Source: Schmidtea polychroa
Lineage: Eukaryota
DNA length: 64,000 nucleotides
NCBI GenBank assembly: GCA_044892525.1
Contig: CM097885.1
Coordinates: 28,150,001-28,214,000 of the forward strand
Direction: 5' to 3'
In this document: piece after piece, positions 16,001-27,311 of the stretch
Layout of the letters: each line of letters begins with the position of its first letter
How positions within the stretch are numbered: the stretch's first letter is position 1
Made by a program: the position numbers and the translations under genes
The notes under the pieces: model-generated
The model's input: only the letters and a program-made list of their open reading frames with translations
Databases searched by the model: none
Told to the model about the DNA's origin: nothing

Positions 16001-17398
16001 TAGTTATCAGTCTCTTTTGGAATTTAATGATAATTATTTTTATTGTAGATTGATGACATTGATTGTAATGAATTTATACTGATTTTTTCAATATTTTGAG
16101 CAATCAGTCAATAAATTTGAGTACATGTATTACTTTAAAAAAATAATTAAAATTTATTCAATCTAAATCAATTATTCATTAGATCTTATTTCAAACTTTT
16201 TATTAATTTATTATCTTAGTTGATTCAACTTGAATGATCAGTATTTTTCTTTTATTTACTTGATGATTAGAATTCTTTCTTGTCCATTAATTAAATTTTT
16301 ATGATATTTATTTTGAATAATTTAAATTTTTACAATTATTTAATCAATTTTTACCAAGTTATTGATGCCTTGAATTCAATTAATTTTTCCTCCAATTTTT
16401 CAAGTGAAGAGTATTTTCTTTTAAAGATCAATTTGTTAGTACATAGTTGTTGGTTGTAGGTAGTTGGTTGTTAGTACTTGGTACTTGGTAGTTGGTATCC
16501 GATCGACTTTTTAGATTTTGATAAGAAGATATTGTATTTGATGAAGAATATTTTGTATTTAATTGCTATTATTTTTATGTGTTGTTATTGTTGGTACTTG
16601 GTATCTAGTTGATAGTATTTTGCTGATAGTGCTTGATAACTAGTTGTAAGTACTTGGTATATAGTTGAAAATCCGTGTTCGTAAGTTACTGGTTGTTGGT
16701 ACTAAGTTGTTGGTATCTTGTACTTGGTAGTTGGTGCGATGTTGTTAGTATCTAGTTGTAGGTTGATATTTGTTAGTAGCTGGTTGATTTTGGTTGTAAG
16801 TACTTGGTATCTAGTTGTTAGCTGTTTGTTAGTACATAGTAGATAGTTAATGGGTAGGTGGTGGTTGAGTGTTACCAATACCCTTACGACCAATACCCTT
16901 ACGGCCAGTACCCTTACGACCTGTACCCTTAGGGGGTCAAAACATCCTGTCGGATAAACTCAGAGCATATATAATAAAACTGATCAACAATAAGTATTTA
17001 TTGAATGCGATTTTTACTTTGCAATAATAAGTCAGTAGTAATCAATTAAAAGAAGAATGTTTTGTAAATTAGAATTCTATAGTCTTTCATTGTAATTTAA
17101 ATTATTTTGAATTTCACGTGGTGTTTTAAAGTGATTGAGTTGTGGTTTTTTTTTGATTAAAATCAACATTTTTTTAAATTTGAAAAGGTTTTTCTACTGA
17201 TTGTAATTAAAATTATTATAGAAGCTGTATAATAAATATTAATTTAAAAAGCATTTCATAAAATACAGTGAAGAATATTTAGTAGTTAGTTGTAAGTATA
17301 TGGTTGTCTGAGAGTTAGTTAGTACGTGGTATCATGTTGTAAGTATTTGTTAGCACCTAGTTAAAAATAATCAGTAACCGATTGTTGGTAACTATTGA

Positions 17399-17461
<63 letters not shown>

Positions 17462-18104
17462 CTTATTAATATTATTATTATTTTTATTATTATTATTTTT
17501 ATTCCATTAAAATTTCCATTAAAAATGACCATTGAAAACTTATTCCATAAAAATTTCTATTAAAAATTACTTAAAAAATTTTACATTTAAAATTAACTTA
17601 AAAAAAAATTTCCATTTAAATTTTCATTAAAAATTACATTTCTCAAAAAAGTTGGTGGTTATTCAATCTTTTGATAATAAATTTAAAAATCTTACTTTAA
17701 TTTACTTATTTAGCTTTAATTTAAAATTTGAACCATTGGTTACTTAATTTTAAATTTTGAACCTTAATTTACTTATTTAAAATTTTTAACTTTATTTACC
17801 TAATTATTCTTTATTTCTTAATTTTACACCATAATTTACTTAACAACTAAATATAATCCTTATTTTCATATTTAACCAATAATTTCATGTGGTCATCTGG
17901 TTGTAAGTGTTTAATATCTAGTTGACAGTGCTTAGTACTAGGTAAGTTACTTGGTTGTTAGTACTTGGTTGATAATGCTTAGTGTCTGGTTGTTAGTTGG
18001 TTGTATGTACTTAATAGGTGGTAGGTAGTTGTTAGTACTTAGTAGCTAGTTAATGGGTAGGTGGTTGTAGGTACTTGGTATCTAGTTGTTAGTATCTAGT
18101 TGTA
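12318..18104. repeat. Large internal palindrome
   Basis: 12318-14701 is the reverse complement of 15736-18104, and 14928-15066 of 15601-15738. Spacer is about 530 bp. Identical mirror ORFs at 13541(+) and 16702(-). Confidence 0.95.
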
Positions 18105-18743
18105 GGACCATTATTTACTTTAATTTAATATTTTAGAACCTTTATTTACTTTAATTTAAAAATTTGGACCATAATTTACTGTAATTGAAAAATCTGAGCC
18201 CATTAATTACTTTAATTCGAAAATATGAACCTTAATTTACTTATTTATACTATAATTTACTTTAATTTAATTTTTTAGGATCATTATTTACTTTAATTTA
18301 AAAATTTGGACCATCATTTACTTTAATTTAAAAATTTGAACCATAATTTACTGTAATTCAATTTTTAGATTCATAATTTACTGTAATTCAATTTTTATAC
18401 CCATAATTTACTGTAATTCAATTTTTAGACCCATAGTTCACTGTAATTCAATTTTTAGACCCATAATTTACTTTAATTCAAAAATTTGAACCATAATTTA
18501 CTTTAATTTAATTTTTAAGAACCTTAATTTACTTTAATTCAATTTTTAGACCCATAATTTACTGTAATTTAATTTTTTAGGACCATAATTTAATGTAATT
18601 GAAAAATTTGGACCTTGATTTACTTTAATTCAAAAATTTGGACCATAATTTACTATAATTTAATTTTTTAGAACCATAATTTACTTTAATTCAATTTTTA
18701 GAACCATAATTTACTTTAATTCAAAAATTTGAACCATTTAATT

Positions 18744-18827
18744 CAAGAAAGATTAAGCACTATAACCTCGTCTTATTACAGAGGAGCTCATGGAATTATT
18801 GTTGTGTATGATGTTACCAATCAAGAT
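18744..18827 (+). pseudogene. Rab1-like fragment (continuation after the WDTAG motif)
   Basis: [28 protein letters not shown] closely matches Rab1 switch II onward. Confidence 0.9.
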
Positions 18828-19037
18828 TGGGTCATCAATGTCAAAGATAAGTTCGTCAATAAAAGCAACGATATTGTATTATGCATTCGTGAGGAAATAA
18901 CATTGAATCATGCTATGTCGGATCTTTCAAATCGATGTGTTTGCAAAACGGAAATCAGAAATTATTTCATTGAAGAATTAGCCAACCGATCTTCTCAGTT
19001 GTCCGAATTAAAACATCAGGGTGCTTTGGCGTTTATT

Positions 19038-19772
19038 TCATGGATACCAGAAACAATGAAAATCAACATGTTTTATTCCAAAAAGACGATTTTCAAGTTT
19101 CAAGCTTTTATTTTCCGCAAAAGAGAACATTGGATCAATTGTTAATAATTGTAAAGCAGCCATAATCATACGACGATTGATTTTCATGTCGACAATCACC
19201 CCCTCCTCTCCATCATCACCGATACTCCAATTGTTAGCCGGATCCATAGCGTGCTTTGCTCTCAATTCCGTAATCAACCTCAACACCTTAGCACCGCAAT
19301 TCTGGGCCAAAGTTCTTGGAATAACTTCCAACGCATTAGCAACAGCCAGATAAGCGTTTTGTTGTACTCCAACGATATTTTGTGCTTTAAGAGTCAAGTG
19401 AGTTGATAGAGCCATTTCCAATGCTCCTCCACCAGGAACGAGAGTATTTTCCATCATAACGTTTCTAACTGACATAGCATCGCCAAGATTTCTCTCAATT
19501 TCATTCAAAACATCTTTGCTGCTGCCTCTCAACAAAATCGAGCATGCTTTGGGATCTTTACATTCAGTGATAAAAGTGAAATATTCATCTCCAATTAATT
19601 TAATCTCGAATAGACCAGCTGGGTCCCATATTTGCAATTTTATAGTTTCATCATCTAATTCAGTAGTTCTGATTTCAAAGTCAACTCCAATTGTGCTTAT
19701 GCAACTTTCCGCATAAGAATCATCTGCAGGTTCTGGATCCATTTTCGATTTCGATATTCTTTCAAGTTCCAT
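19038..19772 (-). pseudogene. Intronless in-frame Rab1-CCT3 (TCP-1 gamma) chimeric ORF
   Basis: [38 protein letters not shown] (Rab1, P-loop deleted) is fused to [30 protein letters not shown]...VPGGGA.EMA...[15 protein letters not shown]...LRAKH (CCT3). Confidence 0.88.
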
Positions 19773-19911
19773 TTTAAACTTTTACAAAATTTTATCCAGA
19801 TAAACAATAACTTATTTTCTCACTTCCAGAATTTTCTATTAAACCATAAAATCAATCAATAAAAATTACAATTCACAATTATCTTCAATCATTCACATTC
19901 GAATCCACGTC

Positions 19912-19972
19912 TCGCGTCTGTGTGCGCACACCAACAATATTCGGTCTAACCAGACCGCGCACACAGACGCGA
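19912..19972. promoter_or_regulatory. GC-rich inverted-repeat module GCGTCTGTGTGCGC-N~30-GCGCACACAGACGC
   Basis: 16-bp stem here; further copies at about 20730-20782, 20815-20871 and 23371-23432. The regulatory role is inferred from position only. Confidence 0.55.
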
Positions 19973-20891
19973 TAGAAAAACTATGCCAAATCGGCAGAAA
20001 CATTTAATTCAATTTTTAGACCCATAATTTACTGTAATTTAATTTTTTAGGACCATAATTTAATGTAATTGAAAAATTTGGACCATTATTTACTGTAATT
20101 GAAAAATTTGGACCATTATTTACTGTAATTTAATTTTTAAGAACCGTAATTTACTTTAATTCAATTTTTAGACCCATAATTTACTTTAATTTAATTTTTT
20201 AGGACCATAATTTAATGTAATTGAAAAATTTGGACCATTATTTATTGTAATTTAATTTTTAAGAACCATAATTTACTGTAATTGAAAAATTTACCACGTT
20301 TTTTAGTGTAGACCACCTTTTTCTATTGAAATTCTCAGGACCAAGAAAACCCACCTGAATTGACCTAGAAAAATCCATGCTTTTTTATTGAAGACCGCCT
20401 TTTTGTATTGAAAAATTTTTTTGTATTGAAAATCCCAGGACCATCGAGACCCCTCACTATAGTGTGAAAATTCCATGCTTTTTTATTGAAGACCGCCATT
20501 TTGTATTGAAAATATTTTTTGTATTGAAAGTCCCAGGACCATCGAGACCCCCTCACTATAGTCTGATAAAAAAAAAATTGCGTAATCAAAAGTTGCAGCA
20601 AAAAAATCGTGCAGCAGAACCCCCCCCCGGGGGGTCATTGCTGCATCGGGCTCCTAACTACCTACTAACGCACAACCTCACCAAATCGATATCACAAAAC
20701 TCTGAAAATGATAATATTGACAATTGTCCGCGTCTGTGTGCGCACACAAGTCCATCCATAAAGGTAAAAAGCGCACACAGACACGAGATAAACTAATAAT
20801 TTGACAATTGTCCGCGTCTGTGTGCGCATACAAATCAAACCCAAAAAACAGGTAAAAAGCGCACACAGACGATCGACCCGATAATCAACCA

Positions 20892-20902
20892 TCCTCCCCC
20901 TT
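20892..20902 (-). other. Polypurine tract
   Basis: AAGGGGGAGGA immediately precedes the TG start of the 3' LTR on the minus strand. Confidence 0.75.
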
Positions 20903-21105
20903 GACACCTTAGTGTTAATCTCAAATCCCCATTAGCTTCTCCTTCTTCTTTTATACTCAAACATAATTTGAAGATACATCTCAATATCTCCTTTCCTTTA
21001 CATCTAATTATCATCGCACATAGATTTCTTTCTTCTCCAGGAATCGCTTCGATTGCCCTCCCTATTGGCCGCTGCAACTGTCCATTATGCCGCATTTTCA
21101 GGAAT

Positions 21106-22310
21106 TTATTGATTCGCTTCTATTTCCCGTGTCAGTTTATCCCTTTCCCCCTTCATTTCCTGCATTTCCCTCGCCATCCTATCACTGTCAGCCTTCACCT
21201 GGTGAATGATTTGCACACTTCCATTCAATTCTTGGCATTTTCTGTCGACACGTTTATTGATCATTACTTTGGCCTTCAAAATCCAATATTTTTCGTTCAA
21301 CACACTTAAGACGTGTTGCGTTCCTGCATAATGGCTCAATCTCCAATAACCCTCACATACCCATCTTTGTATTATACCACGCACCTTTTTTGAAACATCA
21401 TTGTGAATTCTCCACCCACCATCGCCATACTCGGCCAAGCAGCTGTCCCTGCTCAGTTTGTTTAGGTGTAATATCTCAATTATTCTTTCTCCATTTTTCA
21501 ACAATTCAATATTCCACACTTTTCCTTGTTGCATTTCATTTAGTGACCAGTTTTCACTTAATGTTCTTATAAGCATCCTACAAAGACGTTCTTTGATTGC
21601 TTCGTGTTTCAATTCCACAATCGACACCTTGTTTTTTATGTGCATCTTTAGAGGCGTGCAAACGAGTTCCAGTGATCGGTGTTGTTTGAAACTGTTCGAT
21701 GATTCGTTCAACTTTTCTGTTAAATCCAAAACTTCTTTGGCCCCTTGAACATTATCACGTTCTTCTTTTAGTCGATTAACTTCCCCTTCGCCGATCTGAA
21801 TATCATTAACCGCCGCCTCGGATAATTTTATGATCTCACCATCCCGGCAAGCCTCATCTTGCTTTTCCCTGTATTCATTTTTCATTGAATATTTTGTGTG
21901 ATTGTAATGACGTTAACTAATTCGTTAGTTCGTCCAGAATTGAATATTTTCCCATCTAAATGACTCTGAGCTCCTTGCTCTTCATTAGATGCCTTACTCC
22001 TGTCGAGTTGCGTGTCCTCAATTCCCCGAAATGCACGTAACTCGTCATTTAACATTTCAGTTACCGCAAAATAACTCTGAACCGTACTCATTGATGTGTT
22101 TTCATTTAATAATTTGCTGTGTCTTTGCTTACATCCGGTAACCTTGCAGAAAGATTCTTTATGACATTCCTTGGCCATATGATTTCTTTTGAACCAATTC
22201 CTGCACAGTTTCTTTTCTTCGGTGACTTTCTTCCTTTTTGAAATTGTGAGTTGCTTGAACTTGTCACATTGGTCTAGGTAATGTTGACCACCACATTATA
22301 CACACTCTGA
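21106..22310 (-). pseudogene. Deleted BEL/Pao gag-pol mosaic
   Basis: Triple Zn-knuckle CV*CGGQHYLDQC..F......R......KLC.N....H.AKEC.....C....CKQRHSKLL (about 22105-22310) and integrase Zn region HYAGTQHVLSVLNEKYWI...C (about 21230-21335). RT and RNase H are not recognisable. Confidence 0.8.
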
Positions 22311-22679
22311 TCTATAGAAGTTAGAGTTATTCGCCTGTATAACCGTTCCACTTTTAACTCTGCCATCTGGTTGCCTCGTAAAATGCGTCCGCACTCCTGT
22401 ATTGAAGCTTTCTCTTCATCTAGACACACCCTCTACTCTTGGCCCATCATAAGTCCTGGTGCTTGGTTGAGTCCCATACACAACCTCGTTAGTGGACCAT
22501 AGCAGCACTTTCTCATGCTCAATAGGGAATGGAGGATGGTTAATTTTACAGAAATGCAAATAAAATTCAAATAAATGCAAAAATAAATTTAAATGACATG
22601 CAAATAAAATGTTTAAATCACCCTTTATCAGCCAGGGCTGTCTCCACTGAAACATTGGTGCGTAGCCCCCTGAAGGGAA

Positions 22680-23216
22680 TCACGCTCTGCAACCATGTTT
22701 AAGTCTAAGACACATCAGAAGAATTTCTTTGTAATTAATCGCATCGCACGCTTTATTTGTACAAAACCATTGTTTGTTAAACCATTTAACGTGTCCAATA
22801 ACTTGAGATTGATCCATGATTGAATTTGAAACATTGGATAATTGTTCAACACTTCGGCTAATAAACATTGGAGTTGTGTTGATCTTTTTAAGAGCTCGAT
22901 TGAATAGAATATCATATTCATAAGTTAGCAAGTTTATCTTTTTATCACTCATGTCATAAATGGTTTCAGATAATTTACGAATATCTTTAAATTTTTGGGG
23001 AAATTTCATAAACATATCTTGGAGTTCCTCTTCTGTCCTTTCATGATTTACAGAAATTAAATCGTTGATTTCCAATCGTTTTGAAAAACCTCCATTAATA
23101 ATTTGCAACGATCTTGCTGAGCCACGATCACATGGACAAGTTTCACTGCTGAAAATACATCTCTTCGCCATGTTGCTCATTGAAATACGACATATCAAAT
23201 ATTCATTATCTTCCAT
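22680..23216 (-). pseudogene. Chimeric ORF inside the 5' LTR, ending in a cold-shock-domain fragment
   Basis: QVIGHVKWFN followed by frameshifted NNGFV resembles the start of a Y-box/Lin28-type CSD. The N-terminal part is unassigned. Confidence 0.5.
22681..22695 (-). other. Primer-binding site (initiator tRNA-Met-like)
   Basis: TGGTTGCAGAGCGTG directly follows the ...TTAAACA LTR end; its first 11 nt differ by one base from the TGGTAGCAGAG iMet-type PBS. Confidence 0.65.
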
Positions 23217-23455
23217 ATTTCACTAAGGCTGAAAATTGAAATCAAAATTATAAATCAATTCTTTAAAACCACAATTCCAGAAAACATAACTCTCGAACCA
23301 TCTAAAATCCAACCGATACCATCAAAACCCGAAATCGATCAAAAAACTGAAATAAATATTCACATTTGTCCGCGTCTGTGTGCGCACACAAATCAAACGC
23401 AAAAAAACAGGTAAAAAGCGCACACAGACGCGCGACCCGATAATCAACCAGGCGT

Positions 23456-23740
23456 TACTATATGAAATTCTTGTTTCATCTATCCAATGTGTTTTGCTAT
23501 TATGATGAGCACAATGTGTTCCCTTTCACTCATTTCCTAAACCTTTCACGAATTACCAATGCACGGTGGAATTCTCGTGCAGTTTTTGCACTGTTGGCTT
23601 CCTAAAACACGCTTGCTAAATTCACAGAACCGTGTTGCTTCATTGCAAAACCATTGTCGACGATGTGGTTCCTTGACCAACAATATTGGAAGCTAGGAAT
23701 GGATGTATTAAAGCCTCAGCTGCATAATTACTCCAATGCA
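23456..23740 (-). pseudogene. Degraded PHD-like fragment; right flank of the LTR element
   Basis: Minus-strand pieces VKEP...WFCNE and CKNC..EFH with frameshifts. May be continuous with 9170-9397. Confidence 0.3.
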
Positions 23741-25307
23741 AAAAAGTGCTGTAAAAGTGTGCTATTAATTTAAGTCCTCTTGATTATCAAAATATATTCA
23801 AAACTCATTTCATAATAATTGACATTATTCGAACAACCGATTTAAATAGCAAATTAATTAATTTAATAATAATAATAATTATGCGTGCCAGCATTTATAC
23901 TTATTATACTTTTACTATATAATAATATTGTTACTTATAATACAATAAATATTTTATTTATAAATTATTTATTTAAATATCACTAACAACATGCAATGAA
24001 TTTCGACCTAAACTGTTGAAAGAGGTGGACAATTTTATTGGAAGATATTTGGAATCGTATGTAGCAAGTAATAGAAAAATAGACAGAATAAAGAAGATTG
24101 CGAAGGAAATGAAAGTCGTTTTTTTGGTTTCAGTACAGCAAATGATTATATGATTAAATTTCCGTCTTAATTAGTCCTTATGAGAAACAAAGCGTAAGAA
24201 ACAAATTGAAAGTTTTATGAAAGATCTCTAAAGAATTTTTTATGTTACTGAAGTCGGAATTTAGCTCCACTCTGAAGACAAGGAGTTTTGTAGAAAGCAA
24301 ATTGAATCGCATGTAGCATCAGATGCACTACTAGAAAATTTGTATGCCTATCTACCATTCATTTATCTAAAAGAATTAGATTGGTAGATACTCCAATTAA
24401 AGACTTAGTGCAACAAGATTTCAGTATTATATATCTGACAATTCAGACACTGTATAAGGAAATGGAAACCACAAATCAACTCTGATTACCAAAATGAGGA
24501 AGTTCAAATTGTTAAAAATTCATAAAGAGATAAAGTGCTTCGAAACTCATTGGGTTAAGGAGTCCTTAGTTATGGATGTTCCCGAATCCAATATTATCGG
24601 TGGTCATAACTCTATTGTAAATATATACTTGTCAATTTCCTTTTAGGGGAAAGAGAACCTTTTTCTTTTGATGTAAACCTTTGTTGGTGAAGTTTTTATG
24701 ATATTTCGTTCACAAAATTTAATATAGAAAGATTGGAAGTGAGCTTTCATTACAATGAAAACTACAGCTTGGTGGAAAAACCTTTTACTCTTCCTAGAAT
24801 AGTTTTTGCGAGTTAGTAATTGGAAAGAGCCCATGAAATATAACGTATGGCATAGTCTATAAGAAAAAAGCCGTTATATATATTATTAGATATTTATTAT
24901 CAAAATGTTAGTTTAAGACAATGATGGGCGGTATATTCTGACAAAACAAAAGACAAAAGTTGAACTAATATTGTACATCAAAAAGGGAGGATGTCTTTTT
25001 ATCTATGCACTTCAAATATTCATGAAACTTTAAATTAATATTTCAACAGAATATTTTCATTTTATAATCAAAACTTGTCAAAAATGATCTTTCAATGGTT
25101 GTATTTATTTTGAGGTTCTTCCAATTATACGGAATGTACTGCATTAGGACCTTGGACGAAAAAATAATTTATAAATCTAAATATTTCATCTAAGTTCATA
25201 AATCTTCACAAAGGACATTTGATAGAAAATAAAAGAGACTACAACAAATATAATTATTCAGGCAACAAAATAGTATAAACAAGCACAAAACGTTAGTAAT
25301 TGTTTAC

Positions 25308-25519
25308 TCATTTTCCAAATCCACTATCCCACATCTGATGTTTGGGTAAGAGGTTTTTTTCTCTCAATAACTGTTTGTAATATTCTCTCATGACATCCTT
25401 TTTCACTTCTCGTTTTCCGTAACTGCTAAAAAAACCTTGCTTCAAATTGGGATCTCGTCGGTTTTCTAGAAAAATTTTCATGTAATAACGAATCATTTCT
25501 CTCGCTATTTCTATTTTTT
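25308..25519 (-). CDS. Candidate terminal exon of a peptide-precursor-like gene
   Basis: Pyrimidine tract plus AG acceptor (TTTTCCTCATTTAG). Reads ...ENRRDPNLKQGFFSSYGKREVKK...HQMWDSGFGK*. Confidence 0.3.
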
Positions 25520-27215
25520 CTAAATGAGGAAAAATAATTTTATTAAAATAATCAATTATTCGGTTGAATGGTCCATGGGGAAGGGTTCTTCCCAGAAAGT
25601 TCCATGCGAAAATGTATTTTAAAAGTTATTTTCAGTTTTTATTTATATTACAACTTTATTATCTGCTGTTATAAGAAATTTAATTACGTTCACCTCGTTA
25701 TTTTTATTTTTATTTAATTTAAAATATACGTTTAAAAAGATACTTTTTGAAAACCATCCAATGTAAGATATACCACAAATTAAATTTTTTTTACTATCAG
25801 TCTTGTGGTATATTGTGCTGTGCCATGTTTTAATTGTAATACTAGTGATGTCATCTATCAATTTCTACAGTAACTTTGCTATGACAGTGGCCAGTATAGA
25901 AGATTAGTGAGCATTTCCAATATAGTGCACACTAGTTTTCGTGCCTGACGTGCCAGAATGTTAATACCCTTAATTAAAGTGTCGTAAATAGATTTGCTAT
26001 GTTCTGACTACGAAAAAATTCAATTTATTAACAAAGAATCCTACTTTGTGGAAATTCACTTATCGCAATAGAGTCCGGAACGGATTAATCATGATTAACG
26101 GGGGATTACTGTATTATCTTTAATACATTTGAAATTTAAGAAAATATATGCTTATATTATACTATGTTGTTAATAGTTTAGAATTATTTATATTTTAAAG
26201 TAAATCAAAATACACACTTGATAAAAGCTGTGCCGAAATATCGTGTTTCTTATTTATTGTATTGATGTATAGTCTTACAAATATTAATATGAAAATTTTT
26301 AAATCATAATAACTTAAGATTATTTATTTTACATTACTTAAGTCTCTTCTTTTGGTTTCCTTTTTATTTTAAATGGGGTTTTAATGAATAACTATAAAAA
26401 TATTAAAATTTATGTAATTTATAATATAAACTTGATGATTTTTATTCATTATTTGCGCGAAACTGAAGTGTGCTGTGAGTTCAGACCTCTGAAATAGTTT
26501 CAGATTATGTGAATTTTAAAATTTCATTCAATCGAAAGTTTGCTTGCGATTTTTACTATGTATTGTGATTGTATTTTTTAATTATTTTTCTATCCTATTT
26601 ATTTCTAACCAAAGCACAATTAATAATGGCTAATTGAACATTAATGAAATACAGTCAATTGCGACTTGTCTTAATTTTGATATTATTGTAATTTTAATGT
26701 TAAATTAAATGTTTTATTATCTTTTTATTTAATATAAATATTTTTTAGATTTTATTTTAATATATAGAAAAACTTCACATTTCACCTAAAATGTGAAAGT
26801 TTAAAGTTTTATAGGTTAACTACAGTTTAAAGAGAAACTTACATATTCCTGTGAATTTGTTGAGCAGAAATGGTTGATGCTGTAGAAACAGCAGATATAT
26901 CTTCATAGACATTCATACATACTTGTTTTAAAATTTAAAATATGGAGTTTATTAAATGTCTTATTGTGTATATTTTTTATGTGAGATTTTGTGAACCGTC
27001 CTTGTATGCAGGTATTTATTTTTCTTCCAACAGGAAATTTTTCTATCAGTCTATGCCATTATTTAATGTCATGGATTTAATTAAATTTCAGTTTTGACAA
27101 TAAAAGATAATTTTATTTTTGATTTAACGAAACCTGGAAAAAAATAATATAAAGATCAATAGTGCAAATAAAGTAGAAAAACAGAAAATTTGTTACTCAA
27201 TTCTAATACAATTAC

Positions 27216-27311
<96 letters not shown>

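Larger units (their letters stand above)
18741..20002 (-). mobile_element. Hairpin-headed cargo cassette (solo-LTR-like) inserted in the satellite
   Basis: Starts TGT on the minus strand, carries the GCGTCTGTGTGCGC hairpin, and is bounded by the direct repeat CATTTAATTCAA (18735-18746, 20001-20012). It has no mirror counterpart in the left arm. Confidence 0.6.
10185..20666. mobile_element. Non-coding fold-back Maverick/Polinton-type element (10.5 kb)
   Basis: Termini AGTAGGTAATTAGGAG / CTCCTAACTACCTACT, long TIRs, and a perfect 6-bp TSD AACGCA (10179-10184, 20667-20672). Confidence 0.9.
9398..23450 (-). mobile_element. BEL/Pao-derived non-autonomous LTR retroelement with cargo-bearing, non-identical LTRs
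   Basis: Both LTRs start TGGTTGATTATCGGGTCG and end TTAAACA on the minus strand. 5' LTR is 22696-23450; 3' LTR is 9398-10184 plus 20673-20891. PBS at 22681-22695, PPT at 20892-20902, flanks GGCGC/GGCGT, and BEL/Pao gag and integrase fragments inside. Confidence 0.7.

Noticed and set aside
19038..19772. Functional CCT3 or Rab1 gene
   Set aside because: Both are partial; the Rab1 P-loop is deleted and most of CCT3 is absent.
24000..24600. Possible degraded DNA-transposon coding sequence (EDKEF..KQ)
   Set aside because: Too decayed to assign by eye.
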